This document shows positions 28,170 to 38,979 of a stretch of 64,000 nt of DNA, in pieces. The notes beneath the pieces were generated by a model. The model was not told the DNA's origin and did not search any database. It saw nothing but the letters and a program-made list of their open reading frames with translations. The stretch lies in NCBI GenBank assembly GCA_964566795.1, contig CAZMIU010000001.1:479090-543089 (forward strand), given 5' to 3'. This DNA is from an uncultured Candidatus Saccharibacteria bacterium (lineage in GTDB: Bacteria; Patescibacteriota; Minisyncoccia; Phycocordibacterales; SBAW01). Each line of letters begins with the position of its first letter. The first letter of the stretch is position 1. The translations under genes were made by a program, and so were the position numbers.

Positions 28170-30287
28170 ATGCCCAGGAAGATACTTTTTATAATCATCG
28201 GCGCACTGCTCTTCCTGGCCCTGTTAGCGCTCCTGTGGCTTTGGTTTATAAACCGCACACCCGACACCGAACCGGGTTCTCCAAGCGGTTTTGGCACTTC
28301 AAGTGACCGCGGCACCGGCACAAACACCGCCGGCACAGGAGGCAACACAGAGGGCTCGCTAAACCAAGAGGCAGCGGCCGACTACAACGTTACGCAGACC
28401 CCAGACGGCTACCTTATTAGTACGGCAGGAGGGTTGGGCGCCATAGCGCCGGGTACCTACCAGGTTAAAAAGGGGGGCGCCATAGTAGGAACCTATAAGC
28501 TCGACTCAAACGGTGTAGGCAAGTACAACCTGACCGGCGGCAACCTGCCGTCTGGGACATATACCTTTACGCCTTTTGTGTTGGGTAACACGGGCATAGG
28601 CGGGTCTATAAACACAGGTGGTGGCATCGATACTGGAGGAGGCATACCGCCTGGCGGCGCGATTGATACCGGCGGAGGTATTACTACCCCGGACACAAAT
28701 GGGGACAACACCACACCCCCGGAGGGAGCACTCTCAGGTGCATGGGTAGGCAGCAGCATATCCCAGCGTATATTTAGCCCAAGCGATATAGCAGAGATAA
28801 CCAACCCGGGTACTGTGGGCGGCACTCCGCTTATATCGACCACCCCGCAACCGGCAAGCGTAAACTCTTCGGGGCTCATTATCGGCGCTACTGCCGCAGC
28901 ATGTTTGGCACAATGGGTGGCAAACCAGGTTGCGGGCTCGGTTGCGTTTCTTGACCCGGTTATCGCAACAAGCCTCTTTACCGATGTGCCGTCTCTCGAC
29001 AAATCTGCGGCAAAACAGCGCACCTCACAGAGCGTCATCACCTGCATTGTCAAAACAATCGCGCAGGCTGCGATCGACCAGATCACCCGCAGTATTGTCG
29101 GATGGATTAACTCCGGCTTTAACGGACAGCCTTCGTTTGTCACCAACTTTAACCAATACTTTGCCAACGTGGCCGACCAGGCGGCGGGGGAGTTTATCAA
29201 GGGCTCGGCGCTCTCGTTTTTGTGTTCGCCATTTTCGGCACAGATAAAAATCGCGATCGCGCAGAGTTATGCCAACCGCAACTCCGCGGCCTCCTGTTCG
29301 CTCACCAAGGTAACAAACAACGTTAACGGGTTTTTGCGCGGAGCATGGAGCAACGGCGGGTGGGGCAGCATGCTGCAGATGACCACGATGCCGGTTAATA
29401 ACCGCTACGGCGCCTACGCCTACGGCGAGATAAGCCTTAAGGGCTACACCGCCAATGCGCAAAATGTGGCAAATCGCAACATAAGTCCGGGAGGGTTCAT
29501 TGCTGTGCAAAAATGCAAAGATAGTCCACTTAACATTGCTATGGGTCCAGGACAGGGCACTGCCCCAAAAAACTGTGAGACCACGACTCCGGGCCAAGTT
29601 GTGCAAGACTCGCTCAAAACCAGCTTTGACTCATCTATCAACCAGTTGCAGGTGGCACAAAACATCAATGAGATTATCAGTGCGCTTGTAAACCAGCTCA
29701 TACTCAAATCGCTCTATGGCGGTTTGGCCAATGCAAACACCGGTGTGACGAACCCGCTTGCGCCGGCAGTAGACCAGGCTGCAAGCGCACAGGCCCAGGC
29801 TCTGCTCACGAGCCTGCAGGCAAGCGCCACGGCGGCGGTACAGTTTGCCACCGTCAAGCAGGGGAGCGCGAGTGATATACAACAGGTGCAAAACAGCTTT
29901 AATACTGCATTTAACTGCTGGGAGACCGCCGCGACATCTACCGCACTCTCGGCCGACCTCAGGGCAACAGCCTCACAAAATGCCGCGGCGGCAGACGCAC
30001 AGATTGATCAGCTCCAGACACGGGTTGAGCTGTATAACGGCGATATTACTCGCGCCAACACCTCGCTCTCTGTCATACAAAACCTGCAGTCGCAGGTGAT
30101 GTTTGCCGCAACACCGGAGGATGTGCAAGCTGCAACCATTGCTGTACAAGCCGCAACACCATCTCTTATCGGAGCAGCTGATGTAACAACCGCTCAGCAG
30201 GATCGCACTGCACTCCAAACACAGCTGACCGCAACCAACAGCCAAGCCCAGGCGAGCCTTAGCCAATGCAGAGCGTTTGGAGCATAA
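28170..30287 (+). CDS. Large membrane-anchored protein (T4SS locus)
   Basis: TM anchor, Gly/Thr-rich linker, Cys pairs, Gln/Ala coiled-coil C-terminus. Confidence 0.8.
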   Translation: MPRKILFIIIGALLFLALLALLWLWFINRTPDTEPGSPSGFGTSSDRGTGTNTAGTGGNTEGSLNQEAAADYNVTQTPDGYLISTAGGLGAIAPGTYQVKKGGAIVGTYKLDSNGVGKYNLTGGNLPSGTYTFTPFVLGNTGIGGSINTGGGIDTGGGIPPGGAIDTGGGITTPDTNGDNTTPPEGALSGAWVGSSISQRIFSPSDIAEITNPGTVGGTPLISTTPQPASVNSSGLIIGATAAACLAQWVANQVAGSVAFLDPVIATSLFTDVPSLDKSAAKQRTSQSVITCIVKTIAQAAIDQITRSIVGWINSGFNGQPSFVTNFNQYFANVADQAAGEFIKGSALSFLCSPFSAQIKIAIAQSYANRNSAASCSLTKVTNNVNGFLRGAWSNGGWGSMLQMTTMPVNNRYGAYAYGEISLKGYTANAQNVANRNISPGGFIAVQKCKDSPLNIAMGPGQGTAPKNCETTTPGQVVQDSLKTSFDSSINQLQVAQNINEIISALVNQLILKSLYGGLANANTGVTNPLAPAVDQAASAQAQALLTSLQASATAAVQFATVKQGSASDIQQVQNSFNTAFNCWETAATSTALSADLRATASQNAAAADAQIDQLQTRVELYNGDITRANTSLSVIQNLQSQVMFAATPEDVQAATIAVQAATPSLIGAADVTTAQQDRTALQTQLTATNSQAQASLSQCRAFGA
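28608..28680 (+). repeat. Coding hexapeptide repeat I(D/N)TGGG
   Basis: INTGGG IDTGGG IPPGGA IDTGGG in the translation. Confidence 0.6.
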
Positions 30288-33019
30288 CCACCTTGAACCC
30301 GACCACTTTAAAACTCAAAAAAATATTTAGGGGCGCCGCACGCGGGGTCTCTGCTGTGTTGTTGTTTACGGTGGTTTGCTCAATATTTCTGCAAGCACCG
30401 TCTGTTCCAGTTGCTTACGCACAAGGAGTACCACCCCCCGCTGCGACTATATCTGATGCATCTGTCAGATCACTCAACGATCTGTATAGGATCCATGGTG
30501 TCAGTGCTACGTGTGTTGCAACCCCCTCCACCTGCTCTGCGGCAGACACAAACATACTCACGACCAAGTTTGGCTTTGGTCCTGCGTGCATGTATGGAGC
30601 TACAAACCCAGAGGCGTGTACAGCCCAAGAGGCCCAGGCAAAATCAAGCGTACTAGGAGCGGTGGCTCGTGTGGCAAATCTCGCCACCAGTCTGGGTAGC
30701 AATGCAACAAACCAACTGGCCAACACTCCACAGGGCCAGGCCGCACTTACCGCTGCAACACAGGCAACAGCTAAAGCTGGGGCAGGGTCACCCCCACAAG
30801 GGTTGGGCTGCGGCATAAGCACCAACTTTGACGCGGGGGTATGTATCTCAAACATTGTCTACGTGTTTACGGTGGGGCTGGGCTCGGGGCTCGCCTATGT
30901 GGGCGGGTTTATGTTTGACATCACGGTGGCGCTCTCTCTAAACAGTGCTGCGTATGCGCTCGACTTCCTCTCGGCCGGCTGGACCACGGCGCGCGATCTC
31001 GCCAACATGGCCTTCATCCTCATTTTGGTCTACATCGCGTTTACCATTATGTTTAGGGCGGAGACAGCGCGCACCATGCAGATGTTGGCGTTGGTTATCT
31101 TTATTGCGCTGATCATCAACTTCAGCTTCTTCTTTACGCGTCTGGTGATAGACGTGGGCAACATACTGGCGGTACAGTTTTATAACTCGATAAGCGCGCC
31201 CAGCATGGCGGGTACCTTTGCCACCACCAACAGCAACACGGGTACACTTGCCGGTATAGCCACGGGCGCGGCAAACAGCCTTGGTTCGCAGGACGTGTTT
31301 AAAAACACCAAGGACCTGACCGCCAGCATCATGCAGGCGCTCAATATCCAGGAGTTGTTTAATGACAACAACTTTAAGAAGTTTGCCCAGGACTCAAGCT
31401 TTGGATCAAAGTTCATCATCCTCTCGTTCCTCTATATCGCCATTGGCGCCTGCTACTTTATCTTGGCGGCCATGTTTTTTGCCGTGGGCGTCAAGTTTTT
31501 GGTGCGCATCGTGGTGCTTTGGTTCTTGATCATCGCCTCGCCACTGGCGTTTGTGGCCAAGGCTATACCGGGACGCCCCAATGTCTCGGGGCTGTATGAC
31601 CAGTGGCAACACGAGCTTGTTTCGCACGCTTTTTACCCGGCATTCTTCCTGTTTATCTTCTTCTTTATATCGACGATTATGTCGAGCCTCGGCAGCGGCA
31701 CCGGCATCCTGGGCGGTCTTGCCTCGGACCTCAGCAAACTTGCGGCCAACGACCAGTTGGGAGGGTTTATCTTTATCGCCAGCTCGGTTGCCAACGTGGG
31801 CATCCGCCTGGGCTTTGTGGTCGCTATGCTCTACATAGCTCTCAAAGCATCGGAGCAGATGGGTGTTCGCGGCGCTCAGTTTGCAAACAAGGTCACTACG
31901 TACGCCTTTGGACAGACAGGCAAACTCGCATCTGCCCCAATCGGCTTTTTGGGTAGGAATACTGTGGGTAGGTATGTTGGAGCCCCATTGGCTAATACGG
32001 CCAAGAAGTTTGAAAACAGGGCCCTCCTGAGCAACAGTAGGATTGCCCGTGCCGGATGGAAAGGACTTGCCACGTCTACTGGCGTAACCGGCAATAAGTT
32101 GGGTAAGGCAACATATGACCCACGCAACGCCCCCGGCGCAAGCGTACTTAAAAAAGCGGTAGAGAAGGTCACTGGCCCAACAGTCAATGTTGGCAAACCT
32201 GCCGAGGGAGGCTTTATGGCACAAGCCAAAGCACGCGCTGACAGGATCAAACAGGAACAAGCGGCACGTTCAGCTCTACTGCGTGATGGAGAGACTAAGG
32301 AGCTTGTTAAACAATTGGCAGACAAGTCTCAGCGCCACGATGCCCTAGAAGCAAAAGAAAAAATAGCGCCTCTTAACCCTGCTGAAGTACAGGAGAAGCA
32401 AACTCTTAAGACAGACATCAGCAGGATGGCGAATACTCTAAATAGTCTTGGAAAACGTGAGATCGAGAGTGTAAAGGCCGATGATATACAAAAAGTTCTC
32501 AAGCACGCAAAAGAGGGGGTAGTAAAGAAAGTGGAGGACAGCGACAAATTTAACGAAAAAGAGAAAGCAGAGGTCCGTGAAAAGCATACGGAACAGATGT
32601 CTATCAAGGAGCAGGTAACAAACCAGAAAAAACTTGAAGACCTTGGCAAGAAGAGCCTCGATAATTCTCAGGAAATTATAAAAGAGTTGAGGCATGTACA
32701 AGAAATATTGCAGAAGAATGGCGGTATGTCTGCAAGCTCATTCAAAAATCTGTCGAGGGCAACAACAGCAGGTAATACTGTGTCCCCAACAGTATTAGAT
32801 GATGCACATAAAGAACTGCGAAATCAGTTTATCGTTGTTAATACACGCCTTAAGGATGCAATAAAGAACAAAGATGACGCCAAGAAGTTTGAAGCAGAAA
32901 TCAGCAGGGATAATATTCTTAAAGCTCAGGATCATATAAAGAAACTTAAAGAACACGTAAAGGATATACCTGCCAATATGGGCGGAGCTCCAAATACTCA
33001 AGAATTCTTAGTGGCATAA
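30266..33019 (+). CDS. VirB6/TrbL-like polytopic membrane protein
   Basis: GWTTARDLANMAFILIL, ALIINFSFFFTRLVID, RIVVLWFLIIASPLAF core with many TMs; next to PrgI/VirB4; start uncertain. Confidence 0.75.
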   Translation: MQSVWSITTLNPTTLKLKKIFRGAARGVSAVLLFTVVCSIFLQAPSVPVAYAQGVPPPAATISDASVRSLNDLYRIHGVSATCVATPSTCSAADTNILTTKFGFGPACMYGATNPEACTAQEAQAKSSVLGAVARVANLATSLGSNATNQLANTPQGQAALTAATQATAKAGAGSPPQGLGCGISTNFDAGVCISNIVYVFTVGLGSGLAYVGGFMFDITVALSLNSAAYALDFLSAGWTTARDLANMAFILILVYIAFTIMFRAETARTMQMLALVIFIALIINFSFFFTRLVIDVGNILAVQFYNSISAPSMAGTFATTNSNTGTLAGIATGAANSLGSQDVFKNTKDLTASIMQALNIQELFNDNNFKKFAQDSSFGSKFIILSFLYIAIGACYFILAAMFFAVGVKFLVRIVVLWFLIIASPLAFVAKAIPGRPNVSGLYDQWQHELVSHAFYPAFFLFIFFFISTIMSSLGSGTGILGGLASDLSKLAANDQLGGFIFIASSVANVGIRLGFVVAMLYIALKASEQMGVRGAQFANKVTTYAFGQTGKLASAPIGFLGRNTVGRYVGAPLANTAKKFENRALLSNSRIARAGWKGLATSTGVTGNKLGKATYDPRNAPGASVLKKAVEKVTGPTVNVGKPAEGGFMAQAKARADRIKQEQAARSALLRDGETKELVKQLADKSQRHDALEAKEKIAPLNPAEVQEKQTLKTDISRMANTLNSLGKREIESVKADDIQKVLKHAKEGVVKKVEDSDKFNEKEKAEVREKHTEQMSIKEQVTNQKKLEDLGKKSLDNSQEIIKELRHVQEILQKNGGMSASSFKNLSRATTAGNTVSPTVLDDAHKELRNQFIVVNTRLKDAIKNKDDAKKFEAEISRDNILKAQDHIKKLKEHVKDIPANMGGAPNTQEFLVA

Positions 33020-33028
33020 TGTAAACAT

Positions 33029-33670
33029 ATGGCGCGAAAAACATATTCTGATGAAGAGATACAAAAGCGCATTGATCAGTTGTCTGAGGAAGCAGCTGAC
33101 TTTCTCTACAGCCCCGATATGGGGGTTTTGGTAAAGCATATTTCAGACGCCCACAAGCTGCATATAGACCAAATGTCGCTCCTGGAGGCTGAAGTGGGGG
33201 AGCTTATGCTCGGTCTCACTGAGCCCATGGAATTTGTTCCGAATCTTATGGACACACTCCATATAGACAAAGAAACCGCTGACGCTGTTGCAAAAGACGT
33301 AAATGATCAACTCATGCAAAAAATGAGAGGCCTTATGGGGGCACCGAGCGCTCAAACAGAATCATCTATCGTGATGCCTTCATCTAAGCCTATTGAGACT
33401 CCGCCTGCTCCTGTTGCTATACGTACTCCAGCTCCGGCAGCACCTATTGTGCCTCCTGTGGCACAAACTCCGGCTGTGGCGCCTAAACCTGCTCTAGACT
33501 TGCATGCCGCAGACGCCATGCTCTCCCAAAAACAGGTGAGTACCTCCGCAAGCGCCACCGTGCCTCCACCAGCAGCGCCCGCAGCCGCACCGGCGCCCGC
33601 AAAACCCGCACCAAGCCCAGCACAACCGCAAAACTATAAAGCAGACCCGTATCGAGAACCTGTTGAATAA
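33029..33670 (+). CDS. Hypothetical protein with Pro-rich tail
   Basis: Helical N-terminus, Pro/Ala-rich tail, ends DPYREPVE. Confidence 0.8.
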   Translation: MARKTYSDEEIQKRIDQLSEEAADFLYSPDMGVLVKHISDAHKLHIDQMSLLEAEVGELMLGLTEPMEFVPNLMDTLHIDKETADAVAKDVNDQLMQKMRGLMGAPSAQTESSIVMPSSKPIETPPAPVAIRTPAPAAPIVPPVAQTPAVAPKPALDLHAADAMLSQKQVSTSASATVPPPAAPAAAPAPAKPAPSPAQPQNYKADPYREPVE

Positions 33671-33703
33671 GCGAGGAGCGAATAGGCTGTATAATTACAG
33701 CAC

Positions 33704-34156
33704 ATGGCTCAGTACCAAGTACCCCAATTTATCGAGGTTGAGGACAAGATCTTCGGACCTCTGACCATCAAGCAGTTTGTCTACCTCGCCGGGGCAGGGG
33801 GGCTCGCGCTTATCTGCTTTACCTTGCTACCACTCTTCCTTGCATTGCCGCTTGGCGGCTTGGCTGTCGCTATCGGAGCGGCGTTTGCGTTTTATCAGGT
33901 CAACGGCAGGCCGCTTATTGTCGCGGCAGAGCACGGGTTTAGCTACCTCTTGGGCCACAAGCTCTACCTCTGGAAGCAGCGCCAGGCCCCAAACACCCCG
34001 GTTGTCGTAACAAAAGAGGCGACAGCCACTCCGGGCGTTATATCGGTCCCCAGGCTTAGCCAAAGCAGGCTCAAAGACCTGTCGTGGTCACTTAATATCA
34101 AAGACCAGGAACCGCCTCAAGAAGAGGCCAACACGCCGCGCGGCCTGCAACTATAA
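33704..34156 (+). CDS. PrgI family (VirB3-like) protein
   Basis: QYQVPQFIEVEDKIFGPLTIKQF plus two TMs. Confidence 0.9.
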   Translation: MAQYQVPQFIEVEDKIFGPLTIKQFVYLAGAGGLALICFTLLPLFLALPLGGLAVAIGAAFAFYQVNGRPLIVAAEHGFSYLLGHKLYLWKQRQAPNTPVVVTKEATATPGVISVPRLSQSRLKDLSWSLNIKDQEPPQEEANTPRGLQL

Positions 34157-34158
34157 CC

Positions 34159-34815
34159 ATGGCATCTACCACCGCATCACAAGCCAAAGCAACACAGGAG
34201 TTCGTACCTATACGGGAGGTACGCAACGGCATCGTGATACTCAAAGACGGGTCACTGCGCGCACTCCTTATGGCCTCGTCCATTAACCTGGCACTGAAGT
34301 CTCAGGATGAGCAGCAGGCTATCATTGGGCAGTTTCAAAATTTTCTGAACTCGCTGGAGTTTACGGCGCAGTTTTTTGTCCAGAGCCGCGACCTCGACAT
34401 CCGCCCCTACATCGCACTCCTTGAGGACCGCTACCAAAAGGAGCTTGACGACCTTATGCGTATCCAGATACGCGAGTATATAGCGTTTATCAAGGACTTT
34501 ACCGAACGCGCAAACATCATGAGTAAGAACTTCTTTATCGTGGTGCCTTACGACCCGTCACTCGCGGCCCGCGGCGGGGGACTGAGCTCTATACTCCCGG
34601 GCTCCGGAGCAACCGGCGCCACCATGACAGACGAGCAGTTCGAGCAGTACCGCACACAGCTTGAGCAGCGCGTCTCAGTCATCGAGCAGGGGTTGGTGCG
34701 CACAGGCGTGCGCATTGTGCAGTTGGGCACCGAGGAGGTCATTGAGCTCTTCTACAAGCTCTTTAATCCGGGCGAGCTTGAAAAGCCTCTCCAGGTACAG
34801 CAGCTTAAGCAGTAG
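34159..34815 (+). CDS. TraC/VirB4 N-terminal-like protein
   Basis: TQEFVPIREVRNG, SSINLALKSQDEQ, FLNSLEF; between PrgI and the ATPase. Confidence 0.75.
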   Translation: MASTTASQAKATQEFVPIREVRNGIVILKDGSLRALLMASSINLALKSQDEQQAIIGQFQNFLNSLEFTAQFFVQSRDLDIRPYIALLEDRYQKELDDLMRIQIREYIAFIKDFTERANIMSKNFFIVVPYDPSLAARGGGLSSILPGSGATGATMTDEQFEQYRTQLEQRVSVIEQGLVRTGVRIVQLGTEEVIELFYKLFNPGELEKPLQVQQLKQ

Positions 34816-34824
34816 TATACGCAT

Positions 34825-36639
34825 ATGGCACTCCTCGACTTCCTTACATCCAAAAAGTCTCCCGCAAGCGCACCGGTGGCGCCGATTTTGCCCCAAGAGA
34901 TTTACAAGCAGGGCGTGCTTGAGCTCCAGGATGTTATCGCGCCGTCGGCGCTCAAGATAACGCCGCGCGAGATTAACCTGGGCGACAAGATAGCGCGCAC
35001 ATTCTTTGTCATGTCGTATCCGCGTATCCTCACAGACTCGTGGTTTTCGCCCATCATAAACCTCGACCGTGTGCTCGACATATCGGTATTTATCCACCCG
35101 ATAGACTCGGCAGACATACTCAAAAAGTTCCAAAAGAAGGTAGCCGAGGTCCAGAGCCAGATTATGGCAAGAGAGGAGAAGGGGCTCGTGCGCGACCCGG
35201 TGCTCGATACCGCCTACCGCGATCTTGAGGACCTGCGCGACCAGCTGCAGCAGGCCCAGGAAAAGCTCTTTGATGTGGGCGTCTATATAACCATTTATGG
35301 CGCCTCGGTAGAGGAGCTTGATAAAGCCGAGAGCGAGATTAAGTCCATGCTCGAGTCGAGGCTTGTGTATGTAAAACCGGCGCTCTTCCAGCAGGAGCAG
35401 GGATTCCGCTCTGTGCTGCCGTTGGGCCACGATGAGCTCAGCGTGCTCTCCAAACTCAACTCCTCCCCGCTGTCCTCCATATTCCCGTTTGTGTCCTTTG
35501 ACCTTACCTCTGACAAAGGCATTCTCTACGGCGTGAACCGACACAATGCCTCTTTGGTGCTGTTTGACCGCTTTTCGCTTGAGAACTACAACTCGGTGGT
35601 GTTTGCCAAGTCGGGCTCCGGCAAAAGCTACGCCACCAAGCTCGAGATTTTGCGCACGCTCATGTTTGATACGGAGGTTATTGTGATAGATCCGGAGCGC
35701 GAGTACGAGTTTCTGAGTCAGGCTGTGGGTGGGCGCTACTTTAATATCTCCCTTAACTCCGAGCACCACATAAACCCGTTTGACCTGGCGCCGCCGCGCG
35801 AGGATGAGTCGTCGGCCGATGTGCTGCGCTCCAACATCGTGGCGCTTGTGGGGATGTTCCGCATTATGCTCGGGGGGCTGTCCCCGGAGGAGGATGCCAT
35901 TATAGACAAGGCTATTACCGAGACCTACGCGCTTAAGGATATAACCATAGACTCAAACTTTGCCGAGATTGAGCCGCCGCTCCTGTCGGACTTCGAGCTG
36001 GTGCTCTCGGGCATGCAGGGCTCGGAGTCATTGGTGCAGCGCTTAAGCAAGTACACCAAGGGTACCTGGGCCGGGTTTATCAACCAACCGACCAACGTCG
36101 ACCTTAACAAAAAGTTTGTCGTGTTCTCGGTGCGCGACATGGAGGACGACCTCAAGCCCGTGGCGATGTACCTCATTACGCACTATATATGGAATGCGGT
36201 GCGCAAAACCCTCAAAAAGCGCCTACTGGTCATAGACGAGGCCTGGTGGATGATGAAAAGCGAGGACACGGCCTCCTTCCTCTACGGCATGGCCAAGCGC
36301 GGCCGCAAGTACTACCTGGGGCTTGCGACCATTACCCAGGACGTGGATGACTTCCTCAAGTCGCCCTACGGATTGCCCATGATAACCAACTCCTCCATCC
36401 AGCTCTTGCTCAAGCAGTCGCCCACCACCATAGACACGCTGCAAAAGACCTTTAACCTCTCAGAAGAGGAAAAATACCTGCTACTGGAGTCGGATGTGGG
36501 GGAGGGGATATTCTTTGCGGGCCTCAAGCACGTGGCTATTAAGGTGATAGCCTCATACACCGAGGACCAGATTATCACCTCCGACCCGTCTCAGGTGTTG
36601 GCATTGCGCAAGCAGCGCGCAGAAGCGGCGGTACAATAG
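34825..36639 (+). CDS. virB4: VirB4-like type IV secretion ATPase
   Basis: Walker A AKSGSGKS, IDPEREY, INPFD, Walker B LVIDEAW, RKY...TQ. Confidence 0.92.
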   Translation: MALLDFLTSKKSPASAPVAPILPQEIYKQGVLELQDVIAPSALKITPREINLGDKIARTFFVMSYPRILTDSWFSPIINLDRVLDISVFIHPIDSADILKKFQKKVAEVQSQIMAREEKGLVRDPVLDTAYRDLEDLRDQLQQAQEKLFDVGVYITIYGASVEELDKAESEIKSMLESRLVYVKPALFQQEQGFRSVLPLGHDELSVLSKLNSSPLSSIFPFVSFDLTSDKGILYGVNRHNASLVLFDRFSLENYNSVVFAKSGSGKSYATKLEILRTLMFDTEVIVIDPEREYEFLSQAVGGRYFNISLNSEHHINPFDLAPPREDESSADVLRSNIVALVGMFRIMLGGLSPEEDAIIDKAITETYALKDITIDSNFAEIEPPLLSDFELVLSGMQGSESLVQRLSKYTKGTWAGFINQPTNVDLNKKFVVFSVRDMEDDLKPVAMYLITHYIWNAVRKTLKKRLLVIDEAWWMMKSEDTASFLYGMAKRGRKYYLGLATITQDVDDFLKSPYGLPMITNSSIQLLLKQSPTTIDTLQKTFNLSEEEKYLLLESDVGEGIFFAGLKHVAIKVIASYTEDQIITSDPSQVLALRKQRAEAAVQ

Positions 36640-36645
36640 GAGTAC

Positions 36646-37317
36646 ATGAACGTGACGCTGCGGATATTCGCGGGTTTTATAGACCTCCTGCAATTTGTCT
36701 TTTTTGTGGTGTTTTTGGCGTTCCAGGTTATGACGCCATACGGAGGGGCGGCTATCGGTGGAGTTGCGGGCGCGTATGTTTGCTGGAGCATGTCGGATGG
36801 TATCGTAAACGGTATTGTAAACGGAGCGGCATGCGCGTTGGGTATAGGAGCAGTGGGAGGTATAGTGAGCGCGATTGCAACCCCCGTTGGCATGGCCATA
36901 GACGTGGCCATAAGCGCCACGTTTGGCACACTGCTTTTGTTGTGTATGTGGGTGACGGGGCGTTTTTACCTCATGCCTGTTGCTTTGGGGTTTTCGGGCG
37001 AGCTCCTGCCGGGCATTAACGCGTTTGTGCCGGGGTGGAGCCTGCTTGTGCACCGCTGTATACAGCAGCACAAGCTACAGGAGCAGGGCGTGGGCAGGGT
37101 TGGGCGCACCATAAGCCTGCTTGGCAGTATGGGGAGTGTAGTCCCTGGCGCCGCAGTTGCTACAAAGGCGCTTAAGCCCGCTCTTGCTGTGGCAGGCATG
37201 GCACAGAGGGCTATAGCACCCAGAGACTCGCTAACACGCACGCCGCTTAAAAACTTTGACGGCATCAAGGCCTCGAACGACAACGCCCTAAGAAACACCT
37301 ATGCTAAAGCTGCGTAA
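36646..37317 (+). CDS. Hypothetical membrane protein (T4SS locus)
   Basis: Several Gly/Ala-rich hydrophobic segments; AGGAG SD. Confidence 0.75.
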   Translation: MNVTLRIFAGFIDLLQFVFFVVFLAFQVMTPYGGAAIGGVAGAYVCWSMSDGIVNGIVNGAACALGIGAVGGIVSAIATPVGMAIDVAISATFGTLLLLCMWVTGRFYLMPVALGFSGELLPGINAFVPGWSLLVHRCIQQHKLQEQGVGRVGRTISLLGSMGSVVPGAAVATKALKPALAVAGMAQRAIAPRDSLTRTPLKNFDGIKASNDNALRNTYAKAA

Positions 37318-38314
37318 CCTCACACTGCTTATCGCGTTTTTGATGCCAACGTTGGCCTATGCGCAGTTTTTGCCTGAGCCTATCCAATACATTATCTCTC
37401 CTGAGGTACCGGGGCCCGGCGAGCAGGTAACCATCGAGGCACAGGGTGTTGGAGCGTTTTTGGGTGATGCCAAGATCACCTGGCAGGAGGGTGGCAAAAC
37501 TGTAAGCACGGGTGTGGGCGCACGCACCTACAGCTTTATTGCGGGCGGTGTCGGGAGCGTCACCACCATTAAGGTAGACATCGTGTCGCAAACAAACGGC
37601 TCGTTTACAAAAACGTTTGTATTCAGACCCTCTACCGTCAACCTGGTCTGGGAGGCAAACACATCGGCTCCGCCGCTCTACGCCGGCAAAACCCTCTACT
37701 CCGGAGGCTCGCAGCTAAAGGTGGTCGCATTCCCCAACGTGGTCATAAACGGCTCGCGTGTGGCCCCAGAGAGCCTCTCCTACCAGTGGACACGCGTCGA
37801 CCAGGCATTGCCGGCTCAGTCCGGGCAGGGGCGCTATGTTCTTGATATTGATGGCGACCAATTACAGCCTAGCGAGGATATTGGGGTAAAAGTCTACTTT
37901 GGTGCGGCGCTTGTGGCACAAGGCGGCATATCGGTGCCCGCAGTGGCGCCCGCAGTGCGCCTGTACGAGCGCGACGCACTGCGCGGCACGCTCACCGACG
38001 CGGCCCTGCCCTCGGGCATCTCTCTTACCAAAAGGGAGATAACCATAGCGGCGCAGCCATACTTTTTTGCCAGGACGGCGGCCGAGAGCGGGGCACTTTC
38101 ATACGCGTGGAATTTGGACGGCAATGAGATAGTGGGCCCCGACTCTGCACGCGGCCTACTGACACTCAGGCAAACCGGCAGCGGGGCGGGTGAGGCGCAG
38201 CTTGCTGTAGACATACAAAACAGCATGGACGACCAGCTGGTACAGGCAGCCAACACGCTGCTTGTCATACTCTTTGGCGGCTCAGCATCCGGCACATCAC
38301 TCTTTGGCCTATGA
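37301..38314 (+). CDS. Secreted beta-rich (Ig-like repeat) protein
   Basis: Signal peptide ending AYA; three repeats with W motifs (KITW, SYQW, SYAW). Confidence 0.75.
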   Translation: MLKLRNLTLLIAFLMPTLAYAQFLPEPIQYIISPEVPGPGEQVTIEAQGVGAFLGDAKITWQEGGKTVSTGVGARTYSFIAGGVGSVTTIKVDIVSQTNGSFTKTFVFRPSTVNLVWEANTSAPPLYAGKTLYSGGSQLKVVAFPNVVINGSRVAPESLSYQWTRVDQALPAQSGQGRYVLDIDGDQLQPSEDIGVKVYFGAALVAQGGISVPAVAPAVRLYERDALRGTLTDAALPSGISLTKREITIAAQPYFFARTAAESGALSYAWNLDGNEIVGPDSARGLLTLRQTGSGAGEAQLAVDIQNSMDDQLVQAANTLLVILFGGSASGTSLFGL

Positions 38315-38976
38315 AACACCTACTCCTCTTAAGTATCGCAGTATGTCTCTTTGCGGGCCCGCTCATGGTGGCTCACGCGCAGACCGCGGGGTTTGTGACA
38401 CCCTCAAACGGTAAAAACCCCAACGTTTTTTGTGCCAATGACGGCAAAGGCTCAAGCTCCTGCACCTATGTGCCGCTCGAGCCCCTGCCGTTTTTGCCAA
38501 ACAAGTATGGGCCCGAGAGCGGATCTATAGGCACATTTATAGGGCAGGGATTTAAGCTCATAATCGGTGCGGGTGCCGTGATAGCCGTTGCCATCATTGT
38601 GCTGGGTGCATTGACATACATGTTCTCTGACGTTGCAGGCAATAAAAAAGATGCGCTTGCACGCATCCGCAACGGCATGTGGGGCATAGTCATACTGCTC
38701 TCGTCCTACCTTATCCTCTATACGATAAACCCGGATCTTGTGACCTTTAACCTAAAACTTACTCCGCTAAACAACTACAACACGACCCCGGGTTCTAGCT
38801 CTGGTGGAACGAGGGTCATTGTAACCAACCCAAGCGGCGTAAATATATACAACGGCCCGGATGCATATGAGCAACGCGCAGCCGAAGAGGCTAAATGCCC
38901 AAGCCCCAAGTCTTTGCACGCAACCGGCAGAAATACAGACTCGCGGGGGGAATATGTAACCTATACCTGCATGTAA
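38311..38976 (+). CDS. VirB2/TrbC-like pilin with extensions
   Basis: Two-TM core ...GALTYMFS...KKDALARIRNGMWGIVILLSSYLILYTINPDL. Confidence 0.75.
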   Translation: MKHLLLLSIAVCLFAGPLMVAHAQTAGFVTPSNGKNPNVFCANDGKGSSSCTYVPLEPLPFLPNKYGPESGSIGTFIGQGFKLIIGAGAVIAVAIIVLGALTYMFSDVAGNKKDALARIRNGMWGIVILLSSYLILYTINPDLVTFNLKLTPLNNYNTTPGSSSGGTRVIVTNPSGVNIYNGPDAYEQRAAEEAKCPSPKSLHATGRNTDSRGEYVTYTCM

Positions 38977-38979
38977 TAT

